Positions 29,554 through 38,511 of a stretch of DNA of 64,000 nucleotides are shown here, piece after piece. This DNA is from Nitrospiraceae bacterium (GTDB lineage Bacteria; Nitrospirota; Nitrospiria; Nitrospirales; Nitrospiraceae), in contig JBBIQV010000002.1 of the NCBI GenBank assembly GCA_037442105.1, forward strand, positions 62,001-126,000, in the 5' to 3' direction. The position numbers and the translations under genes were made by a program. The number at the start of each line of letters is the position of its first letter. The stretch's first letter is position 1. The notes beneath the pieces are model-generated. The model saw only the letters and a program-made list of their open reading frames with translations, had not been told where the DNA came from and ran no database searches.

Positions 29554-30633
29554 ATGACGGAGACCATGCCCTTACCTTATCTCACCGCCCAGGTCCCCGG
29601 CATCGGCGGGCGAATCAGGGAGACGCCGGAAGATTTTCGCGTCGAGGAACGGCCACTGTATTTGCCTTGCGGCGAAGGCGAACACCTGTATCTTCGCGTA
29701 ACCAAACGGGAGCTCTCAACTCCGGACCTGGTCTTGTGGCTGTCCTCGACATTGGGAGTCAAGGCGCGCTGTATCGGCGTCGCGGGATTGAAGGATGCCC
29801 ATGCGGTCACGACTCAGCTCGTGTCGGTGCAAGGGACGACACCGGAACGGATTGCTCAGCTTCGCCTGGACGACCGCATACTCTCGGTTGAGGTGTTGGG
29901 GTGGCATCGGAACCGGCTGCGAACCGGGCATCATGCGGGAAATCGGTTTCATCTCATCGTGCGCGATCTTCTGCCGGTGGCCGAGGAATCCGTCCCTTTG
30001 GCGCTAGACGAACTTATTCGCCGGGGCGTGCCGAACTACTTCGGCCCGCAACGGCAGGGGCGGCGCGGGCTCAACTATCAGATCGGTGCAGTATTGCTGA
30101 CCGATCCGGCGCGCCGGGCGAACCTCGGTCGTTCGAAACGGCTGTGGTATCTCCATGCCTATCAGTCGTTTCTCTTCAACCAGATCGTCGCCCGTCGGAT
30201 TGATCGACTCGATCGAGTGTTAGTGGGGGACTGGGCGATGAAAGTGATCAATGGAGCCTGCTTTCCGGTCGAGGATGCAGTGGTCGAACAACCTCGCGCC
30301 GATCGTTTTGAAATCAGTCCGACCGGCCCGTTGTTTGGGTCCCGTGCGCCTTGGGCGATGGGGGAGCCGGGCGACATTGAGCGCGCTGTTGTGACCGAAG
30401 CCGGCGCGACGCCTGAGTTGCTCCGTCAGGCGGCGGCTGACTGTGGATTCCGCGGGGAGCGGCGGGCCCTGCGAGTCCGCCTCGACGAACTCGAGTGGTC
30501 CCTCAAGGGCGGCGTGCTCAATCTTGCTTTCTCTCTGCCTCCGGGCGCCTACGCGACCGGCGTGCTGCGCGAGTTGATGAAGACAGACGAGGGGCGAGGG
30601 GTAATGGATAAAAGGAATGAAGAGGCGCTGTGA
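29554..30633 (+). CDS. truD: tRNA pseudouridine(13) synthase
   Basis: PEDFRVEE, AGLKDAHAVTTQ, GNRF, PNYFGPQR, LPPGAYAT. Confidence 0.93.
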   Translation: MTETMPLPYLTAQVPGIGGRIRETPEDFRVEERPLYLPCGEGEHLYLRVTKRELSTPDLVLWLSSTLGVKARCIGVAGLKDAHAVTTQLVSVQGTTPERIAQLRLDDRILSVEVLGWHRNRLRTGHHAGNRFHLIVRDLLPVAEESVPLALDELIRRGVPNYFGPQRQGRRGLNYQIGAVLLTDPARRANLGRSKRLWYLHAYQSFLFNQIVARRIDRLDRVLVGDWAMKVINGACFPVEDAVVEQPRADRFEISPTGPLFGSRAPWAMGEPGDIERAVVTEAGATPELLRQAAADCGFRGERRALRVRLDELEWSLKGGVLNLAFSLPPGAYATGVLRELMKTDEGRGVMDKRNEEAL

Positions 30634-30694
30634 TGAGCCCGTGATATGATTATTTTATAAACCTCCAGCCTCGCGCCCCTTGCCTCTAGCCCTG
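30589..30694. repeat. Heptamer-unit hairpin, family F (AGGGGCG-like)
   Basis: gaggggc gaggggt aatggat aaaagga ... acctcca gcctcgc gcccctt gcctcta gccct. Confidence 0.7.
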
Positions 30695-30705
30695 AGAGGT
30701 ATTGA

Positions 30706-31950
30706 ATGACCCACGAGCAAGAGACCGTCGTCCTGCGCGGCCATATTATCGATTCCCTCATCCTGGCCAAAGTGCTGGACACCATTTCGATGATGGGAGG
30801 CACCTTCGATCTTCAGGAAGTCGCCATCGGCAAGACTCGTGAAGAGACATCACGTGCGAGGATCGTTGTCCGTGCGCCTTCCGCCAAGCTGCTGGCGGAA
30901 ATTCTTCACGCCATTCAACCTCACGGCGCCTCGGTCGAGCGGGAACTTGATTGCCAGGCCGAAGCGGCCCCGGCGGATGGCGTCTTTCCTGAGCAGTTCT
31001 ACGCCACCACCCACCTGCCCACGCAGGTCAGGTTGCAGGGGCGGTGGGTCGATGTCGAACGGATGGAGATGGATCTCGGGATCCAGATCGATGCCGGCAA
31101 GACCGGCGCTCGTACGGTTCCGATGGGAGAGGTCAAACGCGGTGATTGGATCGTGACGGGCCGGACAGGAATTCGGGTGATCCCCCTTCAGCGGCCGCAA
31201 GAACGGGACGTGTTCAGTTTCATGGAGTCTCGGGTGTCGGCGGAACGGCCGCACGGCCATATCATTGCGGATGTGGCGAAACGCATGTGGAGCTTGCGCG
31301 ATCGACATCGGCAGGGTCAAGAAGGGTGTAAGGTCTTGCTGGCCGGAGGACCGGCGATTATCCACGCGGGGGGACGTGAGGCACTGACGTGGCTCATCGA
31401 GGCGGGATTCATCCACGTGCTGTTCTGCGGCAACGCGTTGGCCGCGCACGACATGGAAGCGGACTTGTATGGGACCTCGCTGGGCTATGGGCTCTCCGCG
31501 GGGCGCGCGGTCCCGCGCGGGCACGAGCACCATCTCCGCACGATCAATCGCATTCGTGCGATCGGCAGTATCGCCGCCGCGGTTGAATCCGGCGTGATTA
31601 AACAGGGTGTCATGGCGGCCTGTGTCCGGCATCATGTCGAGGTGGTGATGGCGGGAACGATCCGCGATGACGGGCCGTTGCCCGGCGTGATCACGGACTC
31701 AGTGGCGGCCCAGGCGGCGATGCGGGCAGCGATTCCCGGTGTCGGATTGGCGTTGCTGGTGGCCTCGACTCTCCACGCGGTCGCGACCGGCAATCTCTTG
31801 CCGGCCGCGATTCCCACGGTCTGCGTGGACGTCAATCCCGCCGTTCCGACGAAGCTGGCGGATCGGGGCAGCTTCCAGGCCGTCGGGTTGGTGATGGATG
31901 CCGCGTCGTTCCTGCGGGAATTGGCGCGCGAGCTAGGATGGACGCCATGA
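30706..31950 (+). CDS. TIGR00300/LOR-SDH family protein, putative ornithine cyclodeaminase (C-terminal half of ArgZ/AgrE)
   Basis: LRGHIIDS, DGVFPEQFYATT, GPAIIHAG, GNALAAHDME, GTIRDDGPLP, KLADRGS. Confidence 0.85.
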   Translation: MTHEQETVVLRGHIIDSLILAKVLDTISMMGGTFDLQEVAIGKTREETSRARIVVRAPSAKLLAEILHAIQPHGASVERELDCQAEAAPADGVFPEQFYATTHLPTQVRLQGRWVDVERMEMDLGIQIDAGKTGARTVPMGEVKRGDWIVTGRTGIRVIPLQRPQERDVFSFMESRVSAERPHGHIIADVAKRMWSLRDRHRQGQEGCKVLLAGGPAIIHAGGREALTWLIEAGFIHVLFCGNALAAHDMEADLYGTSLGYGLSAGRAVPRGHEHHLRTINRIRAIGSIAAAVESGVIKQGVMAACVRHHVEVVMAGTIRDDGPLPGVITDSVAAQAAMRAAIPGVGLALLVASTLHAVATGNLLPAAIPTVCVDVNPAVPTKLADRGSFQAVGLVMDAASFLRELARELGWTP

Positions 31951-32747
31951 GCCGTTTGCTGGTCTGTCCGCCGGACTATTTCCGGATCGACTACGAGATC
32001 AATCCGTGGATGCGGCGTGTCAATGAGGTTGACCCGGAAAGGGCCGTGCGCCAGTGGCATCATCTCATGACAGTGCTTGAACATGATGTGGGCGCGGCAC
32101 TGGAGCGCATGAAGCCCGTGCCGGGACTGCCGGACCTGGTGTTTACGGCGAATGCGGGCGTCGTTGTGGGACGCAAGGCCGTAACCAGCCGGTTCCGCCA
32201 CCCAGAACGGCAACGGGAAGAAGCCCATTTCGAGGCCTGGTTTCGCGAGAACGGCTACGAAGTCATGACGTTGGAGGAGGACCTCTATTTCGAAGGCGCC
32301 GGGGACCTTCTAGGATTTTCCGATGTCTGGTTCGGCGGCTACAAGCAGCGGTCGGAGATTCGCGCCTATCCGCGTTTGAGCGAGCTCTTCGGCCGGGAGA
32401 TCATCCCGGTGGAGCTTGTGGACAGCCGGTTTTATCACCTTGATACCTGCTTCTGTCCGTTGAGCGGCGGAGAACTGCTCTACTATCCGCCGGCGTTCGA
32501 TCGCTACGGGCAAACGGCCATCGCGGAGCGGGTGGGTCCTGAGCGCCGGCTGGTCGTGCCGGAAGAGGAAGCGCTCATGTTCGCCTGTAACGCTGTCTGT
32601 GTGGGAAAACATGTCGTGTTGCCGGCGGGCTGTCCGGAAACGATGAGGCTGTTGGAAGCTCGTGGCTATCAATCTCACCCCGTCCCGCTGGATGAGTTCA
32701 TGAAATCCGGCGGTTCCGCCAAGTGCCTGACGCTCGCCCTCGACTGA
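31947..32747 (+). CDS. Amidinotransferase-fold enzyme, putative arginine dihydrolase (N-terminal half of ArgZ/AgrE)
   Basis: LVCPPDYF.IDYEINPWM, PDLVFTANAG, ERQREE, FEGAGD, FYHLDTCFCPL, FACNAV, GGSAKCLTL. Confidence 0.85.
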   Translation: MSRLLVCPPDYFRIDYEINPWMRRVNEVDPERAVRQWHHLMTVLEHDVGAALERMKPVPGLPDLVFTANAGVVVGRKAVTSRFRHPERQREEAHFEAWFRENGYEVMTLEEDLYFEGAGDLLGFSDVWFGGYKQRSEIRAYPRLSELFGREIIPVELVDSRFYHLDTCFCPLSGGELLYYPPAFDRYGQTAIAERVGPERRLVVPEEEALMFACNAVCVGKHVVLPAGCPETMRLLEARGYQSHPVPLDEFMKSGGSAKCLTLALD

Positions 32748-32835
32748 GCGAATAGCGAATAGCCGACAGTGAACACCTGAAAGCGAATGGCCCGGAGCTA
32801 CCCGCTGCTTGCTGTTGGCTGTTCGCTATTCTCAT
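32726..32835. repeat. Left imperfect direct repeat of the Tad region, including a family C (AGCGAAT) heptamer hairpin
   Basis: cctgacgctcgccctcgactgagcgaatagc...ggagctacccgctgcttgct; matched at 42923-43020. Confidence 0.8.
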
Positions 32836-32946
32836 AGCTTACGAGCACCGCTCAAGTTTTTCTCAGGCCAAACCGATAGGACCAAATAGACGGGGCATGG
32901 AGCCCCTTCGTATGACCAAATCTATGGCCGAGAAGGTAGGTGGACT

Positions 32947-33114
32947 ATGATGTTGATTCGTCTGTTGTCTCGATTGGCAAAAGAAGAAAAAGGAGCCACT
33001 GCAATTGAATATGCTCTGATTGCCTCGCTGATTGCCGTCGCAACTATTGCCTCTGTGACGCTCCTTGGCGGGAAGATCGCAGCGGTCTTCAAGGCGATTG
33101 CCGGCAAGTTCTAA
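32947..33114 (+). CDS. flp: Flp/Fap type IV pilin (55 aa, absent from the ORF track)
   Basis: MMLIRLLSRLAKEEKG/ATAIEYALIASLIAV...F*, with the Flp motif G-x4-EY; SD AGGTGG. Confidence 0.95.
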   Translation: MMLIRLLSRLAKEEKGATAIEYALIASLIAVATIASVTLLGGKIAAVFKAIAGKF

Positions 33115-33119
33115 ATACC

Positions 33120-33188
33120 AGGCTAGGAGCAAGGGGCGAGGGGCGAGAGGCAAGGAGATTCGGAAGCGGTCTTCCCCCTAGCCCCGTG
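33120..33188. repeat. Heptamer-unit hairpin, family F
   Basis: aggagca aggggcg aggggcg agaggca agg ... ttccccc tagcccc. Confidence 0.7.
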
Positions 33189-33401
33189 TCACTTGCCTGA
33201 CGGTGTCGTCCTCCTCATCCTTTCGCTCGTCTCCGCCCACGCGACCTGCCTGCTGAACCTGCGGTCAGCCGCGAGCACCTCTTGGAAATCAATGCTCCTC
33301 GATGGCTCAGGTTTAAGATTCCTGGGTTTCATCCGATACAGTTGCTGCCTGTTTGCGTATCGTGGCGTCCATCTTTTCTCGGAGTTCGTCGAGGGTACCC
33401 T

Positions 33402-34346
33402 ATGACAGGGAAACGTCGCGCGTTGATCTATCTGGGGCTGTCGGTTGGCATGGGGACGGCGGTCGGCGCGATGGCCTTTCAATGGCTCAATCAAGTCGAA
33501 GAAGGCGTTCGCAACGAGGTGAACGCGGAAGTCCGGCTCCAGCCGGCTCTGGTGGCGACACGGGACCTTTCTCCTGGCACGCAACTGACCGAGGATACGA
33601 TCCGAGTCGTCAAGTTTCCGAAGGAGGCGCTGCCGGAGGGAGCGTTTGACGGCGCGACATCGGCCACCGGCCGAATTCTTCTGGCAGGGCTCCAGCGCAA
33701 CGAACTCATCGTCGAGTCCAAACTCGCGCCGGCGGCTGTCACCACGCCGGGCCTCGCGGCGCTCACGCACGAACACACCCGTGCCATTGCCGTTCAGGTG
33801 GAGGAGGCCGTGGCGGCGGCCGAACTCATTCAGCCGGGCGATCGGGTGGATGTGCTGGTGACGATTCGGGCACACGACAAGAAAAGACACTCGGTGACGA
33901 AAGTCGTGCTTGAGAATGTGCCGGTGCTGGCTGTGGCCGGTGCGAGAAGCAAGTCTGCGAAGCCGGCGGAATCCGGTTCCCCCGCTCCGTCCAACGTCAT
34001 GACCCTCGAAGTCACACCGGACGACGCCGAAAAACTTGCGCTGGCCGCCTCAGAAGGGCATGTCCAATTGGTCCTACGGCATCCCTTGAACCATGCACCG
34101 GTTGAAACGAAAGGAGCGACGGTTCAGTCGCTGCTGGAGTCGTACGGCGGGCTCTCGCCGGGAGAGACGCACGATGAAGCCGATCGGCCGCAGGGGCCGG
34201 TCGAGGAGCATCGGGTCCGGTCGTCAAGGCCGGAAGGCGGACCGGCAACTCGCCGTGAAGGGCAGGCCGATCCGGCGCGCAGGGCCGACAAGGCCTCGCG
34301 GGTTGAAGTGTTCCGGGGGAATACGCGCAGCGAAATCAAGTTCTGA
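33402..34346 (+). CDS. cpaB: Flp pilus assembly protein CpaB/RcpC
   Basis: TM anchor, SAF domain (VATRDL.PG), IQPGDRVDVL, TLEVTP..AEKLALA. Confidence 0.92.
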   Translation: MTGKRRALIYLGLSVGMGTAVGAMAFQWLNQVEEGVRNEVNAEVRLQPALVATRDLSPGTQLTEDTIRVVKFPKEALPEGAFDGATSATGRILLAGLQRNELIVESKLAPAAVTTPGLAALTHEHTRAIAVQVEEAVAAAELIQPGDRVDVLVTIRAHDKKRHSVTKVVLENVPVLAVAGARSKSAKPAESGSPAPSNVMTLEVTPDDAEKLALAASEGHVQLVLRHPLNHAPVETKGATVQSLLESYGGLSPGETHDEADRPQGPVEEHRVRSSRPEGGPATRREGQADPARRADKASRVEVFRGNTRSEIKF

Positions 34347-34365
34347 AAAGATCGTGACTCACCGC

Positions 34366-35874
34366 ATGAACAGCGGCTTTTGGCAAGACGGGAATTGCAA
34401 AGAGAGAAGGCCCTGGCCCGTCATGCTCTCCGTGCTGTTCATGTTGCTGCTCAACAACGGCGAGGTATCGGCTCAGGCAGATAGCAAATCGTCTTCCGGG
34501 CAGCCCCGTGTGTTGCGGACCATTCAGTTGGTCGTGGGGAAATCCGTCGTCTGCGACAATCAAGCGGTCTTCACGCGCGCCTCGCTGGCCAATCCGGACA
34601 TCGCCGATCTGGTCGTCCTCTCTCCTAAAGAGGTGTCGGTGATGGGCAAGAGCGCCGGCATCACGAATCTCATGCTGTGGGGAAAGGATGGGCGGCTGGT
34701 GACCACGTACGATCTGGAAGTGGTGCCGGATGTGACGCGGCTCAAGACACAATTACATCAACTCTTTCCCGAAGAAAAACACCTCCAGGTGTCCGCCACG
34801 CACGACCATATCGCCCTCACCGGCACGATCGGGAGTGCTTCACGTCTGACGCAGGTCCTGGCCCTGGCCGAGGCCTATGCGCCGAAGAAGGTCCTCAACC
34901 TGACCCAGGTCAGCGGATCGCAGCAAGTCATGCTGGAGGTCCGCATCGCAGAAATGAGCCGGGCTCTGCTCCGGCGCTTAGGGGTGAATCTCACTTACAC
35001 CGATGGGACGGGGAGATCATTCGGGGTGTCCGTGCTCAAGAATCTGACGACGGTCCTTCCGCCGGGCGATCAAGCCGGGGCGATCTCGCCGGGCGCGTTC
35101 GGGGCCGCCGCGCCTCCGTTTTCCGTCGGGCTCAGCCAGGTGATCAATTCGCTGTTCCGATTCCAAACCGGTTCTTCGTCTTGGACGGGGTTCATCGATG
35201 CCTTGAAGGAAACCAACCTGGTCAAGATCCTGGCGGAGCCGACGTTGGTGGCGCTCAGCGGCCAAGATGCGAATTTCTTGGCCGGTGGAGAATTTCCGAT
35301 TCCTGTTCCTCAGGCCTTCGGGGTGACGACCGTCCAATTCAAAAAGTTCGGGGTGCAGTTGAATTTTACCCCGACCGTGCTGGCGCAACACCATCTCAGC
35401 GTGACCGTGACGCCGGAAGTGTCCGAGCTGGATTTTGCCAATGGGCTGACGCTGCAAGGGTTTACAGTCCCCGCGATTACGACCCGGCGGGCCTCCACCG
35501 TCGTTGAGCTTGGAGACGGCCAGAGTTTCGCCATCGCGGGCTTGCTGCGCGACACGGTCCGCGAGACCGTGTCGAAGTTTCCTCTCTTGGGAGATATCCC
35601 GATTCTAGGGGCGTTGTTCCGGAGCACCCAGTTTCAAAAGAATGAAACCGAATTGGTCATTGTCGTCACGCCGCATCTCGTGATGCCGGTTCAGGAAGCC
35701 GCGCAGTTTCTCCCGACCAACGGATTCATCGAGCCGGATGACTTCGATTTTTACTTGATGGGGCGCATGGACAGCCCCAACGCGCTTGCACGAGGGCGGC
35801 CGCAATTCCGTCTGAGCGGTCCGATTCCGGAAGATCGTGTGGATGGTCCGGTCGGGCATGTGATGCCGCATTGA
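34366..35874 (+). CDS. cpaC: Flp pilus secretin CpaC/RcpA
   Basis: ANPDIAD, QVMLEVRIAE, LAEPTLVALSGQ.A.FLAGGEFPIP, LGDIPILGALFRS...ETELVIVVTP. Confidence 0.93.
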   Translation: MNSGFWQDGNCKERRPWPVMLSVLFMLLLNNGEVSAQADSKSSSGQPRVLRTIQLVVGKSVVCDNQAVFTRASLANPDIADLVVLSPKEVSVMGKSAGITNLMLWGKDGRLVTTYDLEVVPDVTRLKTQLHQLFPEEKHLQVSATHDHIALTGTIGSASRLTQVLALAEAYAPKKVLNLTQVSGSQQVMLEVRIAEMSRALLRRLGVNLTYTDGTGRSFGVSVLKNLTTVLPPGDQAGAISPGAFGAAAPPFSVGLSQVINSLFRFQTGSSSWTGFIDALKETNLVKILAEPTLVALSGQDANFLAGGEFPIPVPQAFGVTTVQFKKFGVQLNFTPTVLAQHHLSVTVTPEVSELDFANGLTLQGFTVPAITTRRASTVVELGDGQSFAIAGLLRDTVRETVSKFPLLGDIPILGALFRSTQFQKNETELVIVVTPHLVMPVQEAAQFLPTNGFIEPDDFDFYLMGRMDSPNALARGRPQFRLSGPIPEDRVDGPVGHVMPH

Positions 35875-35885
35875 CGAGGTGGACA

Positions 35886-36191
35886 ATGCGAGTCGATGGG
35901 ACGCTAGTTCGGTGGACAGCGGTGACCCTGGTCCTGATCTGCGGCGGGTGTACGGTGCCTGTGACCCTGAGCGAGGATTTCGGCGCTTCCCTGGAGCAGG
36001 CGAAACAGGCTCAACGCCGCCCGCTGGAGCCGGGAGCTTCGGCCGAGTTCCCGAACGGGATGAACGGACGGGCCTCGGAACAAGCCATTGATCGCTACGT
36101 GAACTCATTTCATCAGCAGTCGCCGGCCGGAGGAATGCCGGGCGTCGGTGGAGGGGGCGGGATTGCGAATCCGGGGCTCACTGCACAGTGA
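35886..36191 (+). CDS. Small pilus-associated lipoprotein
   Basis: Lipobox ICGGC, DFGAS motif, located between cpaC and tadE; SD GAGGTGG. Confidence 0.7.
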   Translation: MRVDGTLVRWTAVTLVLICGGCTVPVTLSEDFGASLEQAKQAQRRPLEPGASAEFPNGMNGRASEQAIDRYVNSFHQQSPAGGMPGVGGGGGIANPGLTAQ

Positions 36192-36192
36192 A

Positions 36193-36588
36193 TTGCCCTC
36201 CAACCGCGGATCGGCGGCGGTGGAATTTGCGCTGGTCCTGCCCCTGTTGTTGATGATTGTGCTGGGAATCGTGGAGTTCGGCCTGCTTCTCTATCGGCAG
36301 GCCATCCTGGCGACGGCGAGCCGCGAGGGAGCTCGTGTCGGCGTCGTCCTCAGGACGCCCAAACCGTCGGCGGGCGAAGTCCAAGCCGTTGCGCAGGGCG
36401 TGCTCACGAACGCAGGCTTGAGTCTCAATCAGACCACCATCACCGTGACCGGAAGCGGGGGATCGTTCGGGAGCGACCTGACCGTGACGGTGGAACAGCC
36501 GTACCAGTTCATGTTCCTGCCCAATCTCGTGCCGGGCATGAAGACCTCCGTCAAGCTGGTCGGGAAGACGGTGATGAAGAACGAGTGA
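36193..36588 (+). CDS. tadE: TadE-like pseudopilin (start approximate)
   Basis: RGSAAVEFALVLP...GIVEFG...ASREGAR. Confidence 0.9.
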   Translation: MPSNRGSAAVEFALVLPLLLMIVLGIVEFGLLLYRQAILATASREGARVGVVLRTPKPSAGEVQAVAQGVLTNAGLSLNQTTITVTGSGGSFGSDLTVTVEQPYQFMFLPNLVPGMKTSVKLVGKTVMKNE

Positions 36589-36613
36589 GTCCGGTGGAGC
36601 CGTGGGGCCTTCC

Positions 36614-37633
36614 ATGATGCGCGACGATCAGCGAGGGGCGGTCGCCATCATCGTGGCGTTGCTCATGGGCGTGCTCTTGCCTGTGGCCGCGTTAGTCGTC
36701 GATATCGGCTACGCCGCGGTGATGAAACAGCAACTGCGGAACCTGGTGGATGCAGCCGCCCTAGCCGGATCGAGGCAATTGGGATGGTCGTCCGAATCGG
36801 CACCACTGGCCTCGGTCGCGAACCAGGCGCAGGTCCAGGCCGTGGCGCAGGACATCGTGAAGAAAAACCAGATGGGCTCGCAACCAGCCACCGTCCAGGT
36901 GCTCGTCGGCACGTGGAACGTCGGCGCGCGCACCTTTGTCGGCGGGGCTGCATCCCCGAATGCCGTCGCCGTGAGCGGTCAGATGGTCGTGCCTACCTTC
37001 TTCGGCGGGGTGGTGGGACTGTCGGCGATCCCCGTGTCGGCCTCAGCGACGGCGGCGCTCACCCCTCTGGGCCAACTCTCCGCTGGAACGCTGTCGCTGC
37101 CCATGGGGATCGACCAGGCGTGGTTTGCCGGCGCAAGCTGGGAAAACAAGAGCTTCACCATCGCCTCAAAAAGCGGGAGTGGAAACAATAAGGACAAAGA
37201 CAAAGACCAGAACGGTCGTTGTATCGGATGGACCACCTTCACCACATCGCCGGCGACGACAAGCCAGGTCGAAGTTGTCTTGGAACAGGTAAAGAAGGGA
37301 ACCTACGTCGCGCCGGCCGCTGTGGCCGGGCAGAGCGCGTTTCAGTTTACCGGCGAGGACATCGGGGACGCCTTTGCCGACTTGAAGAATCTTTATGACG
37401 CGAGGAAAGATCCGAAGACCGGCCAATGGTCGACGGTGGTCGCGGTGTACAAGAAGAACGAGTGCGCAGCGCCGAAAGGCTCCGTCGCCGTCGTCGGCTT
37501 TGCGACCGTCGTCATCACGAAGCAAAAGGATGCCTTGAAAGCCGTCGTGTCCAAGAACGTCGTTCAACGTGGTCGAGGCGGAGGCATGCAGGACTTCGGG
37601 ACCTTGGGAAGCCTGCCGAGTCTGGTGAATTGA
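36614..37633 (+). CDS. tadG: TadG-like pilus assembly protein
   Basis: DQRGAVAIIVAL...ALVVDIG...LRNLVDAAALAG. Confidence 0.85.
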   Translation: MMRDDQRGAVAIIVALLMGVLLPVAALVVDIGYAAVMKQQLRNLVDAAALAGSRQLGWSSESAPLASVANQAQVQAVAQDIVKKNQMGSQPATVQVLVGTWNVGARTFVGGAASPNAVAVSGQMVVPTFFGGVVGLSAIPVSASATAALTPLGQLSAGTLSLPMGIDQAWFAGASWENKSFTIASKSGSGNNKDKDKDQNGRCIGWTTFTTSPATTSQVEVVLEQVKKGTYVAPAAVAGQSAFQFTGEDIGDAFADLKNLYDARKDPKTGQWSTVVAVYKKNECAAPKGSVAVVGFATVVITKQKDALKAVVSKNVVQRGRGGGMQDFGTLGSLPSLVN

Positions 37634-38511
37634 TGGCGTCGCAGAGCGGGCAGAACATCGTGTTGAAGCCGGTTGCAGCAGCGGCACAGCCGGAAGCCAA
37701 GCCTCGCCAGGTGATCTGCGTGATCGGAGCGGCCGGAGGGGATGGGAGCACGACGATCGCGGCCAACCTTGCGGCGAGCCTTCAGGCCGGGGGGAAGCAC
37801 CAGTCGGTGGTATTGATGGATTTGGATCTGCGAGGCGGCGATCTCCTGCTATTCTTTGGTCTCGAATCACCCCGTAGCCTCCGGGAGGTCTCCGGAGACC
37901 CGGCTCGAGTGGATGAAGCGTACCTGATGAATCTCCTGGTGAAGCATCAGTCCGGTCTGCACGTCTTGCCGTCGGGGTATGACGGGTGGCTGAGCGGAGC
38001 TCCGAACCCTCCCTGTCTGGAGCGAGTGGCCGATCTTGCGCAATCGTTGTTCGATATCGTCGTCGTGGATTGCGGGCAGGCGATCGAGCCGGCGACGACC
38101 ATCCTCATCGATCGTTCCACGATGGTCGTGGTCGTGAGCTCGCTGCGGCTTCGGTCCGTGCGTCGCGCACGGCGCTTGTTCGTGTGGCTCAAGGAACATG
38201 GAGTTCCAAGCAAGCGCATCAAGTGTATCGTCAATCGGTACAGGCCGGACCAGGAGGCGGTACTCAAGGAAACCGAGTTGCTGGTCGGGTGTCGCGCAGC
38301 CGGAATCGTTCCTGACGATTCGATGCTGGCAGAGGAGGCCGTTGAAGAGGGAATCCCGATGGTCGCCCTCGCGCCGAATTCCGAGATCGGTCACCGGCTT
38401 GGCGAGATCGTCTCTCTCTGTGAGTCTCGGCGAACACCGGAACCGAAGTCCATGCGGGCGGCGGAGGTCTTGCGTTCGTTGAGACAGAAGTGGTTTGCGA
38501 GAGTTCGATGA
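37633..38511 (+). CDS. cpaE: CpaE/TadZ ParA/MinD-like pilus localisation protein
   Basis: Deviant Walker A GAAGGDGSTT, LMDLDL..GD, VVVDCG, IVNR. Confidence 0.85.
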   Translation: MASQSGQNIVLKPVAAAAQPEAKPRQVICVIGAAGGDGSTTIAANLAASLQAGGKHQSVVLMDLDLRGGDLLLFFGLESPRSLREVSGDPARVDEAYLMNLLVKHQSGLHVLPSGYDGWLSGAPNPPCLERVADLAQSLFDIVVVDCGQAIEPATTILIDRSTMVVVVSSLRLRSVRRARRLFVWLKEHGVPSKRIKCIVNRYRPDQEAVLKETELLVGCRAAGIVPDDSMLAEEAVEEGIPMVALAPNSEIGHRLGEIVSLCESRRTPEPKSMRAAEVLRSLRQKWFARVR

